DNA from: an uncultured virus (IMG/VR IMGVR_UViG_3300008119_000025)
Taxonomy: Duplodnaviria > Heunggongvirae > Uroviricota > Caudoviricetes
Reading direction: 5' to 3' (one strand)
Length of the DNA stretch: 64,000 nt
IMG/VR virus record: IMGVR_UViG_3300008119_000025
The notes under the pieces were generated by a model that did not search any database, was not told the origin of the DNA, and worked only from the letters and a program-made list of their open reading frames with translations. Position 1 is the stretch's first letter. Every line of letters begins with the position of its first letter. Shown in pieces: positions 50,979 to 62,146 of this stretch. Made by a program: the position numbers and the translations under genes.

Positions 50979-52497
50979 AACCTTTATTTTTATCTTTATT
51001 TATACTTAAATATACGAACTATATTTTATTAGTTAGTATCCTTATTTTGAAAGAAGTATAATTGTTTTTCCATATTCATAACTAGCCCCCTCCCAATTTG
51101 CTTTATATTCTCTACAAATATCTAATTTATCATCCAATGATAAATCATAATAATTAACATCTAATACTACTTTAAAAATCTCTTTCTTTTTCATAACCGT
51201 TTTATTTTCTTATTATGCTTAAATATACGAACTGAATCTTATTACTTTATATCCTTTACATTGTAATATAATCAGCTGCTTTCTCGCCCATTGGTTTACC
51301 ATTTTTAGTAATTTCATAATTCGGATCCATTCCTGTTTGGAAAATATGATCTAATAAATCATTTACTGATTTGAACTCCTCATTGAAATAATCACAATTT
51401 AAACTATACATAACTTTTATTTTTTATTATTTATTAAATACAAGGTTTATTCTATTAGGATCCTAGCAATTGCTAAACTTTTTTAAAAAGAATTTGATAC
51501 TGTATATGGCACACTAATATCAAAGTAAAACCATCGACCAAATATTGGATCTGAGAATACAGCCAATGTTACATTGTCATTTTCTTGTTTGAAGTATTCA
51601 AAACAAAGTTGCTTGTACATTTGGCCGAACTCCGTAGTTATATCATATAACTCAGCCTTCTTTAATTTTTCAATTGCTTTCATAACTTTTATTTTTAAAT
51701 TTATATCTTTTTATTATGCTCAAATATACGAATAATACCTTAAACAAGATATTCCTTTATTTATTAAAATACATATCAACATTTCTACTCATCCCCATCC
51801 CCCAACCACTATGTCCCTCTACAAATTCAATATTATTTTTACTTAATATGTTTTTACACTTTACCCAATTCACTTTACTTCCAATCTTATAATCTCTATA
51901 AATCCTAAAACTTTCTTTACCACCCCACAATCCCATATAACATAATTTTAAACCATTACCACAATTATTAAACATCACCTTTAATTCCTCTAATTTTTTT
52001 ATTACATTTTTTTCTTCCATAACCTTTATTTTTTTAAAAGTAAAACCATTTCGTTTTACTTGCTTTAATTATACTGGAATATACGAACTACGTTTTATAT
52101 CGCTTGGTCCGCGCTTAATCTTAATTTATTTAACACAATAAAAAACCTTACCTAACAGACGATCTTAATGGGTATTTCGGGGTTTCTGGTTTGTAAGGAG
52201 GCTACTATAAACCCTTGTTCACCAATAGTTCTACTTAAATAATACTACCAATTGCTCAGCTGCTGAAGTATTTTTAATTACTAACTCCTCAAATGAATAA
52301 CTGGAACTTGCCTCAAATGCTATTTTAACATTATTGTCCCACACTTTGTTTCGCTTGTTTTTCTTTTCAATCCAGTATAAATCTTTTACTAATTGTTCTT
52401 TGCGGATTGTAGCTTCTCTTTTCATAACCTTTAATTTTAAATTATTAATATTGCTTTTCTTATTTATACTGAAATATACGAATTAACTTTACATTAT

Positions 52498-52803
52498 TTA
52501 CATCCCTACTTGAGCAAATAATACGTTAGTTACATCGTCTGAGATTTCAACTAATGTATCCGCTATGATAGTTTTACCTGACATGTCATTCAATGATTTC
52601 AATCTATCTTGCTCAGCCATTACCTCACTTGATGTTAATGTTGTTTCATAAGAGCATAGGCGTGTTGATATGGTTTTATGATTTGTTTTACTGTATTCAA
52701 TGTTGTCCTGAGTTATGTAAGCATATTTCAATACAATTGTATTTTCTTTTCTGCATGAAATTAAACTCATTCCTATTAACCCTATCAATACTATCTTTTT
52801 CAT
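52498..52803 (-). CDS. lipoprotein
   Basis: MKKIVLIGLIGMSLISC lipoprotein signal. Confidence 0.75.
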   Translation of the reverse strand: MKKIVLIGLIGMSLISCRKENTIVLKYAYITQDNIEYSKTNHKTISTRLCSYETTLTSSEVMAEQDRLKSLNDMSGKTIIADTLVEISDDVTNVLFAQVGM

Positions 52804-53574
52804 AACCTTTTTATTTGCTGAAATATACGATTTTACTTTACATTATTTACATCCCAACTGGATTCATTCTATTGAATTGATGAAAGTATTTAACCACATC
52901 CATTCGTTTATATTTTTTGATTGCTTTATCTAATGTACCTCCTGATTTGAAGAATAAGTAGACATGATAATACATTGCCCAATATTCGCTTGTATCTGCT
53001 TTCATAACCTTTATTTTTAATTTATATCTCTTAATTATGCTTGAATATACGAATTGAATCTACAGTAACAGTGTCCCTGGAAACTAAGGTAGCCTATACG
53101 AGTTGTATAAGCTTAATTTTACAGTATATTAACCTATGCATTAAAATGGCATTGTGGTTTATATTTGAATTGTTTTAATTTATTTAACTATCACTACTTG
53201 ATCCCTCTTCCCAGATCCCTCATCTCCCTCCTCCCTGGCGTCTCCATAAATCGTAAGTGGAACTTATGGCCTCCCTGTTGCGGCGATTGGTTACGGTCAT
53301 TCATGTTTCGGTCGTTCGTGAATGGTGTTTAATAAGTTAATTCAATTCTCCAATTCGCTACGTTTAGCTATAATCGTGGATAGGGCTTCGGATGGTCTTT
53401 CATCTCTTATTTCCCGCCTGTCTCCGCAACTTCCGGTATATTTCGTTTATTTCTATTGGGCTATGCTCGTTGTGTCTCTACGTGCTGTGGCAACATTTAC
53501 CCGATTTCCATTAACTGAAATGCACCCTGGTGCGGCTATACATATGTGGCTCCCCTATTAAAGTCGCGTTTCCT

Positions 53575-53614
53575 AAAAAAACCTTGTCACCCCTCGTAGC
53601 GAGGGGATCCAAGG
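53575..53614 (-). terminator. intrinsic terminator
   Basis: CCTTG-GAT-CCCCTCG-CTA-CGAGGGG-TGA-CAAGG followed by T7. Confidence 0.8.
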
Positions 53615-53619
53615 AAAAT

Positions 53620-53638
53620 TACTGGTTATGAAGCAGTA
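53620..53638 (-). ncRNA. hairpin UACUG-CUUCAUAAC-CAGUA with anticodon-like loop
   Basis: 5-bp stem, 9-nt loop matching the 19.1 kb element, 5 nt before the terminator. Confidence 0.5.
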
Positions 53639-53781
53639 TATCTTAGTTGTTATTCAGCGCTTACTTATTGCCAATCGCCACCATCTGTGATTCTCAATTG
53701 GTATGCGTTTAAATCGCCTCATTTGGGCCTGAAATAACATTTATGTCGTTAATGTTCTATTCGGTAATGAACATTTTATTG

Positions 53782-53896
53782 TAGTCAGGACAGGACTCGA
53801 ACCTGTTCGATTTCACCGTAGGACGTAACGAGACTGCTACTTTCCGAGTGTTACTATATCCCCTCACCTCTGCGTCTACCCATCCGCCACCTGACT
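53782..53896 (-). ncRNA. tRNA-like RNA with expanded central domain
   Basis: Acceptor stem AGTCAGG/CCTGACT+A, D arm GCGGATGGGTAGACGC, T arm ACAGG-TTCGAGT-CCTGT; about 65 nt replace the anticodon/variable arms; own promoter near 53921. Confidence 0.75.
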
Positions 53897-54416
53897 ATAT
53901 TATCTTTTTATTATACCTGGAATATACGAACGTTTTATCGGTAATCCACTTCCTGTTTACTCATTTGTTAATACTATTTTCCATGTGGAAGGTACCGGAG
54001 ATACCGTAGAGATATTAATAACATTAGGTAATCCAGTATCCAAATACGTTCCTGATATTACACGTTCTCCGACGTTGAAGGCTATTATTATTCGTTCATC
54101 TTCCGTTATGAACAATTTACCTTCCGCGGGTGGGGTGTGTTGTTCCTCGGTGCTTATTATTTTTACCTTTGCCATGATCTTATTTTATGCTTTAATATAC
54201 GAATTTATTTTTTAATCTCCTAATTTTTCGTTAATAGCCTATGGGGTTGGGAGGCGCGAAGATGGCGGGAGATCGGTGGGGGGCGTGGAAAGTATATATT
54301 TTTGGAAGTTGTTAAAAGGCCGTGCCTCCGCGCGCGAGATGTGTTAGACCCCGTGCCCTTCCGCCACTCCCTCCCGTCCCCCATTGCTCACACGCTCCCC
54401 GTCCTCCGTTTCCCTC

Positions 54417-54528
54417 ACTTACCTTGCTTACCTCCCTATGTACCTTACGTACCTTCCTATAGCCTCTTTACTTACCTTGCTTACCTACTCCACCAATTTA
54501 CTTACCACTTGCTTACCTAACTTACCTT
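54417..54528. repeat. clustered CTTACC (GGTAAG) short repeats
   Basis: Seven CTTACC copies plus GTACC variants in a pyrimidine-rich non-coding tract. Confidence 0.75.
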
Positions 54529-56442
54529 CCTCACCCTATCTGCACCACATGTTAACTTTTTGTTGCTCACACTTTGGCACCATCCTGTTGCCCTTATATC
54601 CATGTTTTTATCGGCAATAAACATTTTAATTTATTCTATTCATTTTATCAATAATCATTTACTCTCTATTGATTTTATCAATAGTACCTTAATTCATTTA
54701 TTGATTCCCCTCATTCATATTATCCAGCAATTGATTGGTTAACAACTCAATTGTATCATCACTTCCCCGCCTATATGCTTTATCAATCAACTCCATATGT
54801 TGCTCATTTTCCATCTCCAATGCTCTATCAATGGTGTATTGATTATAATGTGGGGATGTTTCATCCAATTGTAGATGCTCTATTAACCATTTTACCGCTG
54901 TAGGGGACTTGATTGGTTGATTGTTATTATTGGTGTTGGTCATGATTTGTTTTGTGTTTGGTGTTGTGTACCTGGATTTAATTATTATTATTCCTATCTT
55001 ATCTCTATTTTATCTCTTCCCCCCCACATCGTATCTCTATTATGTAGGGCTTCTGTTTAAGATTTACTATACACTAGCCAAATCCCAATTATTTGCTTTC
55101 CAGTTAATTCGTATGGTGCTGTTGTACCATCACTAAAAGCATACATGTAATAATCTAATTCTTTCATAACCTTTATTTATTTAATTATTATGCTTGAATA
55201 TACGGAATATATTTGGAGATTTATTATCCTAATTTCCAACCTGTACCTTTCTCATTTATTAATACTACCGTGTCAGGGTAAGGAAAACTATCATTATCAT
55301 CAAATTCAATCAAATCTATAGTTAATCTTTCACTAAATGAATCATAATGAACTATATATCCATCAAATTCAATTTTATTAATAGCATTTTGAGTTAATCT
55401 AAAACCTGTTTCATTGAAATAAGCAGTAGCATAAATGTTTAATAATTGTTCATCTGTATACATAACCTTTATTTTTTAAATTTAACTTATATCTTTTTAT
55501 TATACTTGAATATACGAATGATTGTTTAATTATTTTATTCCCCTGTAGATTGAATTATTTTCTTTTCATTCACTAATTCCTCTATATCTTCTAGGGAAGC
55601 ACTCATGATTAATTGCCTTAACATTTGTTGTTCCATCCCCACTTCATTAATGATGTGTTCCATTTGTTCTCCTGTTACCTCAATTTCATCTAATAATGAA
55701 ATAATTGCATCTATAATTTTATCTTTATTCATAACCTTTATTTTTAAATTTATACTTAAATATACGAATGATCTTTTATTTATCTTGGTCCTTATATTAC
55801 CATAATTCAATCTTATAATCTGTTTTTTCTATTTCCTTAGATAATTTCTTTAACTTATCATTGAAATTCTCATCTGTGTACCACTTCCATCTCTTACCAC
55901 GTTGTGTATCAAACCAATATACATCCTTCGGTACTACGTATGTCTCAATGTGATGCTTATATGTTTGATGCCCACACGTTGCTCGATTGATTTCATACTT
56001 CTTTTTAGATCCATCCTGGTTGGTTACTGTGATAATCACTCGCTTGAAGTCATATACCTTCTCGCCTTCGATCTCTCTATAACACATATCACCTCTTTGT
56101 GATGTTAATGCTACTAAATCAATTTTTTCTTTCATAACCTTTATTTTTAATTACCTTATTTATACTGGAATATACGAATTAAATTTTATTTATTTTTATC
56201 CTTATTTAATTCATCTGATATTGCTATTGTGATTTCATTAGCACCTTCAAATACTTTGTTTAATTTGTAAATGTTAGGATGAAACTCATCAACTAATCTA
56301 TTTAGTTGTTCTAAGAATTTTCTTAATTGTTCCGGATTGTTTTCTTCAAATTTGCTCATAACTTTTTATTTTTAATTTATATTTTTTCTTATACTTTAAA
56401 TATACGAATAAAAAATGGAGATAATATTACCTCCATTGAATT

Positions 56443-56793
56443 TTATTTTACTATTCTTAATAATGATACATCAATCCCAAATTTATCTGCTATTTCTTCC
56501 ATAGTTAATTCCTTTATATCTACCGGGCGTTTCCAAATGCAATTTAATTTGCTTGTATCAAATGTACCAAAATTCATAATAAAAGGAGCATTATATATTT
56601 TAACTATATCACTTTCAGGGTAACATGAATATAGATTATCATCGAATGAATCAAGTGGTTTCCATGTATTTATATTTTCATTTCCACCTGCTCCTCCAAT
56701 AATATCACCATTAGTTGTATTTAATAATACAATCCCTAATTTTCTGTTTCTTGTTTCAACAATCATTCCTGATCTTAAATCTTCTTTTTTCAT
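56443..56793 (-). CDS. early hypothetical protein
   Basis: DLRSGMIVETRN...DIVKIY...ELTMEEIA.KFG. Confidence 0.7.
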   Translation of the reverse strand: MKKEDLRSGMIVETRNRKLGIVLLNTTNGDIIGGAGGNENINTWKPLDSFDDNLYSCYPESDIVKIYNAPFIMNFGTFDTSKLNCIWKRPVDIKELTMEEIADKFGIDVSLLRIVK

Positions 56794-57757
56794 AGCTTTT
56801 TATTTTTTTAATATGCTTAAATATACGAATTTATTTATTAATCTTTTTATCCTCTATTGAAATTATTATAATGTTATTGTGTTACTTTTTCAAATACAAA
56901 ATCACTAACGAAATAACCTCCATTCCTTTGATCGTTAGCTAAATCATCTAACCATTTAACTGAAATAATATCTCCACCTGTATAATCAAATTCAACCTCA
57001 ACTCTAGCCCCAAATTGAGCTGCGTAATATGAGTTATTTTTTCTAATATAAACACCTTTAGTTCCAGCTGGTATGATTATTTCTTCATCTTTATCTTCCC
57101 ATCCCTTAATGTTTGTTTCAGTACTCCAATCAATCACATCATCAACTTCTTCCTCTTCTCCTCTATATTCACCTTCTGCAACTAATTGAATTGCTTCCTC
57201 TAATGATTCTGCTTCAACATTATATTGCAATGTTTTGATTGATTGTACTTTTGAAGTAATAATAAAATTTTTCATAACCTTTATTTTTTAAATTTATACT
57301 GGAATATACGAATTTATTTATTAATCTTGTTGTCCTTCAATAATGTATTCATCTTCTTCCCCAAAATAAGCAATTTGAGTTGACATATATGGGTAACCGT
57401 GATCAGCCCATTCCATTGATACAATACCTAATGGACAATCAGGTCCTCCACCCGTATCACAAATCATATCAACTTCGATATAACCTTTTTTTACCCCACG
57501 TACATATTTTGAAATATGAACGAACCATCTTGGATTTTCATCCCAATTATACCAATCAATTGAACTGATTATGTACTCATATTCCATAACATTTTCACCC
57601 ATCTCTTCTAAATGAGAATAAATATCAGTGTTTAGGTAACTTAATTGTGTTTGTGAAGGTCTAAAATCTTTTCTCATAACTTTAATTTTTTAAATTTAAC
57701 TTATATCTTTTTATTATACCTGGAATATACGAAATTGATTTATATTATCTTGTGCCT

Positions 57758-57955
57758 TTATAATTTCTCTATTTCTTGCCTTACTTCATCCCAATAACTC
57801 CCAGCTATCTCATCTTCAGTATACCTTCCCATATCAATTCCCCAATTTATAATTTCATTAACTGCTACTAATGCTGATTGTTTTGCATTATCACATTCCC
57901 TACATCTAAAATTGAATTTTTCAATTAAATCTAATGCTTTTTCTCTTGCATCCAT
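57758..57955 (-). CDS. early protein paralog 2
   Basis: EKALDL..AKQSALVAVNEII..YWDEVRQEIEKL. Confidence 0.75.
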   Translation of the reverse strand: MDAREKALDLIEKFNFRCRECDNAKQSALVAVNEIINWGIDMGRYTEDEIAGSYWDEVRQEIEKL

Positions 57956-58212
57956 AACCTTTATTTTTTATTGTTAATATGCTTAATTATTTCTATTGCT
58001 TGATTCTCAAATACCCATCCATCTCTATCATCATCAATTAAATCCCCAATGTAATACATGTTATCATAACAAATCAAATCATTTAATGTTATCCGTTTCA
58101 TAACTCTCATTTTTTTAATTATACTGAAATATACGATTTTAATTTATAGTAAAATTGGCCTAATTAACTATTAAGTTAATTCTACGGACTGGATTTATAT
58201 TATCTTGTGCCT

Positions 58213-58422
58213 CTATAAATTTTCTATTTCACGTTTAACTTCTGTCCAAAAGTTAAATCGCTCTCTATCCCATGTACTATTATCTTCTCCACTCCATTTA
58301 TAGCACTCTTCGATAATTTCCTCTACTGCTATTAAAGCAGCAACTTTCCCTCCAGTTACTGTTAATAAACATTCATTTGAAAACTTTTCAACTAACTCTA
58401 TTGCTTTATCCTTTGCGCTCAT
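58213..58422 (-). CDS. early protein paralog 3
   Basis: DKAIELV..AALIAVEEII..FWTEVKREIENL. Confidence 0.75.
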   Translation of the reverse strand: MSAKDKAIELVEKFSNECLLTVTGGKVAALIAVEEIIEECYKWSGEDNSTWDRERFNFWTEVKREIENL

Positions 58423-59257
58423 AATATCTATCTTTAATTATACTTGAATATACGGATTCATCGGTAATAAACGTTGTCCCTAATTAAATGAATAAACAAA
58501 TTATGTAAAGTATAATTAGGGGAAACATGATATAAACTGTTGTTTTAGCAAAGAAATTTAACTTATCCATATTAATTAACTTTAATTTTTCTATCAAAAA
58601 ATAACTCTAACAATTCATTCTCACAATTCAATAAAAAATTACCTTTTGATTTTATTTCAGCAATCTCCAATATATGTAATATACTTGTTGCTCTTAGTAA
58701 TTTGTTTAAAGCTAAATGTTGAAAATCCAATATACTATCTATTTCATCATTCAATAAATCTCCACTTCCATAATCACCTATCTCATAACATGATTGTTGC
58801 TCTAATCTTGTTATGTCAAGTAATTCTTTAGTGTGTTTTTGGATGTGATTGATGATTCGTCGTTGACCTTCAATTGAGCATACCTCGATTTTATTTTTTG
58901 TTTCCATAACCTTTATTTTTAAATTTATACTGGAATATACGAATAAATTTGTAATAATCTTTGTCCTATTTTATTAGTTTATCTAATTCTCTTCTCCAAG
59001 CCTTTAAGAATAGTTCTTTATTAGTTATTACTATTTTATTAGGAATTGTATTATCTCGTTCCAATGTGTTTAATAATTCATTAAATAAATTAGCTACTTG
59101 GGATAATTTATCATCTCTATCAATTTTTTCTCTCATAACCTTTATTTATTTAATTATTAATATGCTGGAATATACGATTTTACTTGTAAGTAAAATTGGC
59201 CTAATTAAAATTCATTTTAATTCTACGAATTCATCGTTAATAATCAGTGTCCTCTAA

Positions 59258-59617
59258 TTAATACATTTGACTCACCTCCTCATTGATTCCATAATCAATT
59301 AGAATATGTTTTCCATTTTCATCCATCCCCCAATTTTGTGTTTTATATAAATCGCAATTGATAATATTCATTTCATCAATATTATTTTTAATTTTGAATA
59401 CATCCAAATGATGAACTAGATTAACTGGTTCATATCGTTTCATATAAACGATACCTAATTTTTCCCATTTTAATTCGCCTAATAAACCTAAATGCTTATA
59501 CTTGTCCCATATCATTTTTTCATTCTTACCTTGTAAATAGCCTCGGTATGAAACAGGTATTTTAATTACAAATGTTTTAAATAATAAAACAATCCGAGTT
59601 GATATTTTTATTTTCAT
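59258..59617 (-). CDS. minimal protein-kinase-like protein
   Basis: VIKIP, NE, DL...NWG, LIDYG motifs in 119 aa. Confidence 0.55.
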   Translation of the reverse strand: MKIKISTRIVLLFKTFVIKIPVSYRGYLQGKNEKMIWDKYKHLGLLGELKWEKLGIVYMKRYEPVNLVHHLDVFKIKNNIDEMNIINCDLYKTQNWGMDENGKHILIDYGINEEVSQMY

Positions 59618-59954
59618 AATATCTCTCTATCCCCAGCATTTGATTTTATCTCCTCACACAACAATGTTTTAGTGGTAGGTTTATCAGCATCCAGTTTCAT
59701 TAATATTACATCTGCTGTTTTAATAGCCATGTCGGTAATATACTTTATGTTAGGTATGTTTCTTGAGCCTGTGTTTGTTATGTAGGCTTGCATTGCAGCT
59801 AATACGAATTGCTCTCTTCTGTTTAATTCCATTTTAATTTTAATTTAAGTAAACAATACATTCTAAATCTTCTAAAATAGTACTTCCTACTATTAAATCT
59901 ACCTCTGCGTATTCTTGTAAATAATTTTTCATGACCTTTATTTTTAAATATTGA

Positions 59955-60329
59955 TTAATAACCTTCTTCAATTGCTACTTGTAATTCTATTACTGGTCCT
60001 CCATCAGACACTAACCATAACTCATCTTTAGTTAAGCAATATACATACTCAATTCCTATATCAAATGCATCTTCGAAAAGTGTTTCTATGTTAGGATACG
60101 TTTCGAAATTTAAATCATCACCTCTATCTCTGCAAAAAGCTATTGTACCATCAGGAGTGGTCCCAAGTGAAGATATATTACCTAACTCAACCAATTCATT
60201 TAGTGATGTTGTGTTGTAATTGTCAATCAACATTCTACCATTACTTTCAATACCACCATCCCAATGGCAATAAATTGATGTTACTGTTCCGTTGTGATTT
60301 TCGATTGCTATTTTTGATCTTGTTGCCAT
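59955..60329 (-). CDS. phage early hypothetical protein
   Basis: MATRSKIAI...SIYCHWDG...EYVY. Confidence 0.7.
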   Translation of the reverse strand: MATRSKIAIENHNGTVTSIYCHWDGGIESNGRMLIDNYNTTSLNELVELGNISSLGTTPDGTIAFCRDRGDDLNFETYPNIETLFEDAFDIGIEYVYCLTKDELWLVSDGGPVIELQVAIEEGY

Positions 60330-61693
60330 AATTTTTGTTTTTAAATGTTTATCTTTATTTATACTGGAATATACGAATTATCTATCGGTAATAATCGTCC
60401 TTTATTCTTCATCATCTAAGATATCATCTATCTCTAATTCAACTACCTTTTGAAAGAATTCTATAATATCTGTTTTATCAAATCCTTCACCATGTAAATC
60501 TTCAGACATTCTCATTAATATATTTCTTAATATATTTGTGTCTTTAATTGAAGTTAAACCACTAATTCGATCAAATGTTTCTTGTTTCATAACCTTTATT
60601 TTTTAATTGCTCTTATTTATACCTGAATATACGAAATTTAACTGTATTTTATTAGTCCTAATTCAATTAATTTATTAATTATCTCTACTGTGTCCTCTTT
60701 TTCTAAACCTAACTCTAATCCAATTCCCTCTAAATATAAAGGAACCATTGGTTCTCCTATTTCGAATTGAGGATCGCTCGTTAATTGTTTAATAAATAAA
60801 CCTATTTGAACACCATTTGCTGTAAAACTAAACATAACTTTTATTTTTTAAATTTATACTGGAATATACGAATGATTGATTAATTATCTTGGTCCTCTAT
60901 TTAACTACTTCAACTATAGCTTTATTTCCATATGGAAATTTTCTTATTTCTACAAATCCCAATTTTAAATCGGTAATACACTCTACTTTACCGTCTTTGA
61001 TTTGTTTTTGAATTGTTTTAATTTTAACTATTTTCATAACCTTTATTTTTATTTATACTGGAATATACGAATTATCTATCGGTAATAATTGTCCTTTGAT
61101 TAGTGTTTTAAAAATTATACCATCTAAAACTTTCACTATAACATTTACTACATCTGAAATCTCGTGCCCATTTTTGCAATGTAAAGTTATATGTTCTTGT
61201 TGTCACTTTACCACATCCATAGCATTGACATTTTTTCTTTTCGGTTACATGTTTTGCGCTCATAACTTTTATTTTTTTAATTATACTGAAATATACGAAT
61301 TATTTGTTAATTATCTGAGTCCTGAGTAGAATAATTCCCATCAAATACTTTATATTCCCCCATTATAACATCACAAATAATATAACATAACATGTTTTTA
61401 TTTTTATCATAACATGGTACTCTATATGAACCATATTGACCTGATGTAAATAGACCTTGTTCAATATCAAATGTTGTTACATCAGGATATTTTACTTTAA
61501 CATGACCATTAAATAAAGTTGTTAGTGCTGTAGCAAATGATTTTTGGAATGAGTTATCAACTTCTGAAGATAATGTTAAATGAGTTTTCATGGCTTTTAT
61601 TTTTATAGCTGGAATATACGAACAAAAAATAGAGGCTCTATGGCCTCTATTGATTATTTTTTATTTTGATTTTTTAATTATGATATTAAATTA

Positions 61694-62146
61694 TTATTTC
61701 AATTCAGCTCTTATTATTATATAAACCTGAACAGCATCTTCAAATTTCCCTGGTGCAATTTTAGGGCTATAACTACTCAAATCAATCTGTTCATTTTTAA
61801 ATCTATAATTTCTAAAAATAAACTTATGCGTGTCTGAATTTGCACTTAATATATTGGCATAATTTTTCCCCATTTCAGATGTAACATCTTCAGGACTTGC
61901 ATTATCTAATTCTATCCTCAATGATGCTGTATTATCCTTAGCATTTTGTTTAAAATTTACTAAAGAACCAAATATACCATAACCCTCATTAAATACTCCT
62001 TCTGATAAGTCTCTGATTTCGTTTTTACTTAATCCACAAAAAAGTTTAGATTTCCAGTCATTAGTATCTGCACTAATTTTATCTGTTGAATTTTCTATAA
62101 GAAATTTTCTGAAAGCATCCAGGTGTTGTTTCATTTCTATACTCAT
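61694..62146 (-). CDS. hypothetical protein with FRKFLIE leader
   Basis: 150 aa; promoter overlaps ATATTTATA at 62176-62184. Confidence 0.6.
   Translation of the reverse strand: MSIEMKQHLDAFRKFLIENSTDKISADTNDWKSKLFCGLSKNEIRDLSEGVFNEGYGIFGSLVNFKQNAKDNTASLRIELDNASPEDVTSEMGKNYANILSANSDTHKFIFRNYRFKNEQIDLSSYSPKIAPGKFEDAVQVYIIIRAELK

Noticed and set aside
53700..53781. Theta/HDV-like ribozyme after the tRNA-like RNA
   Set aside because: Trailer starts A-rich and no nested double pseudoknot could be built
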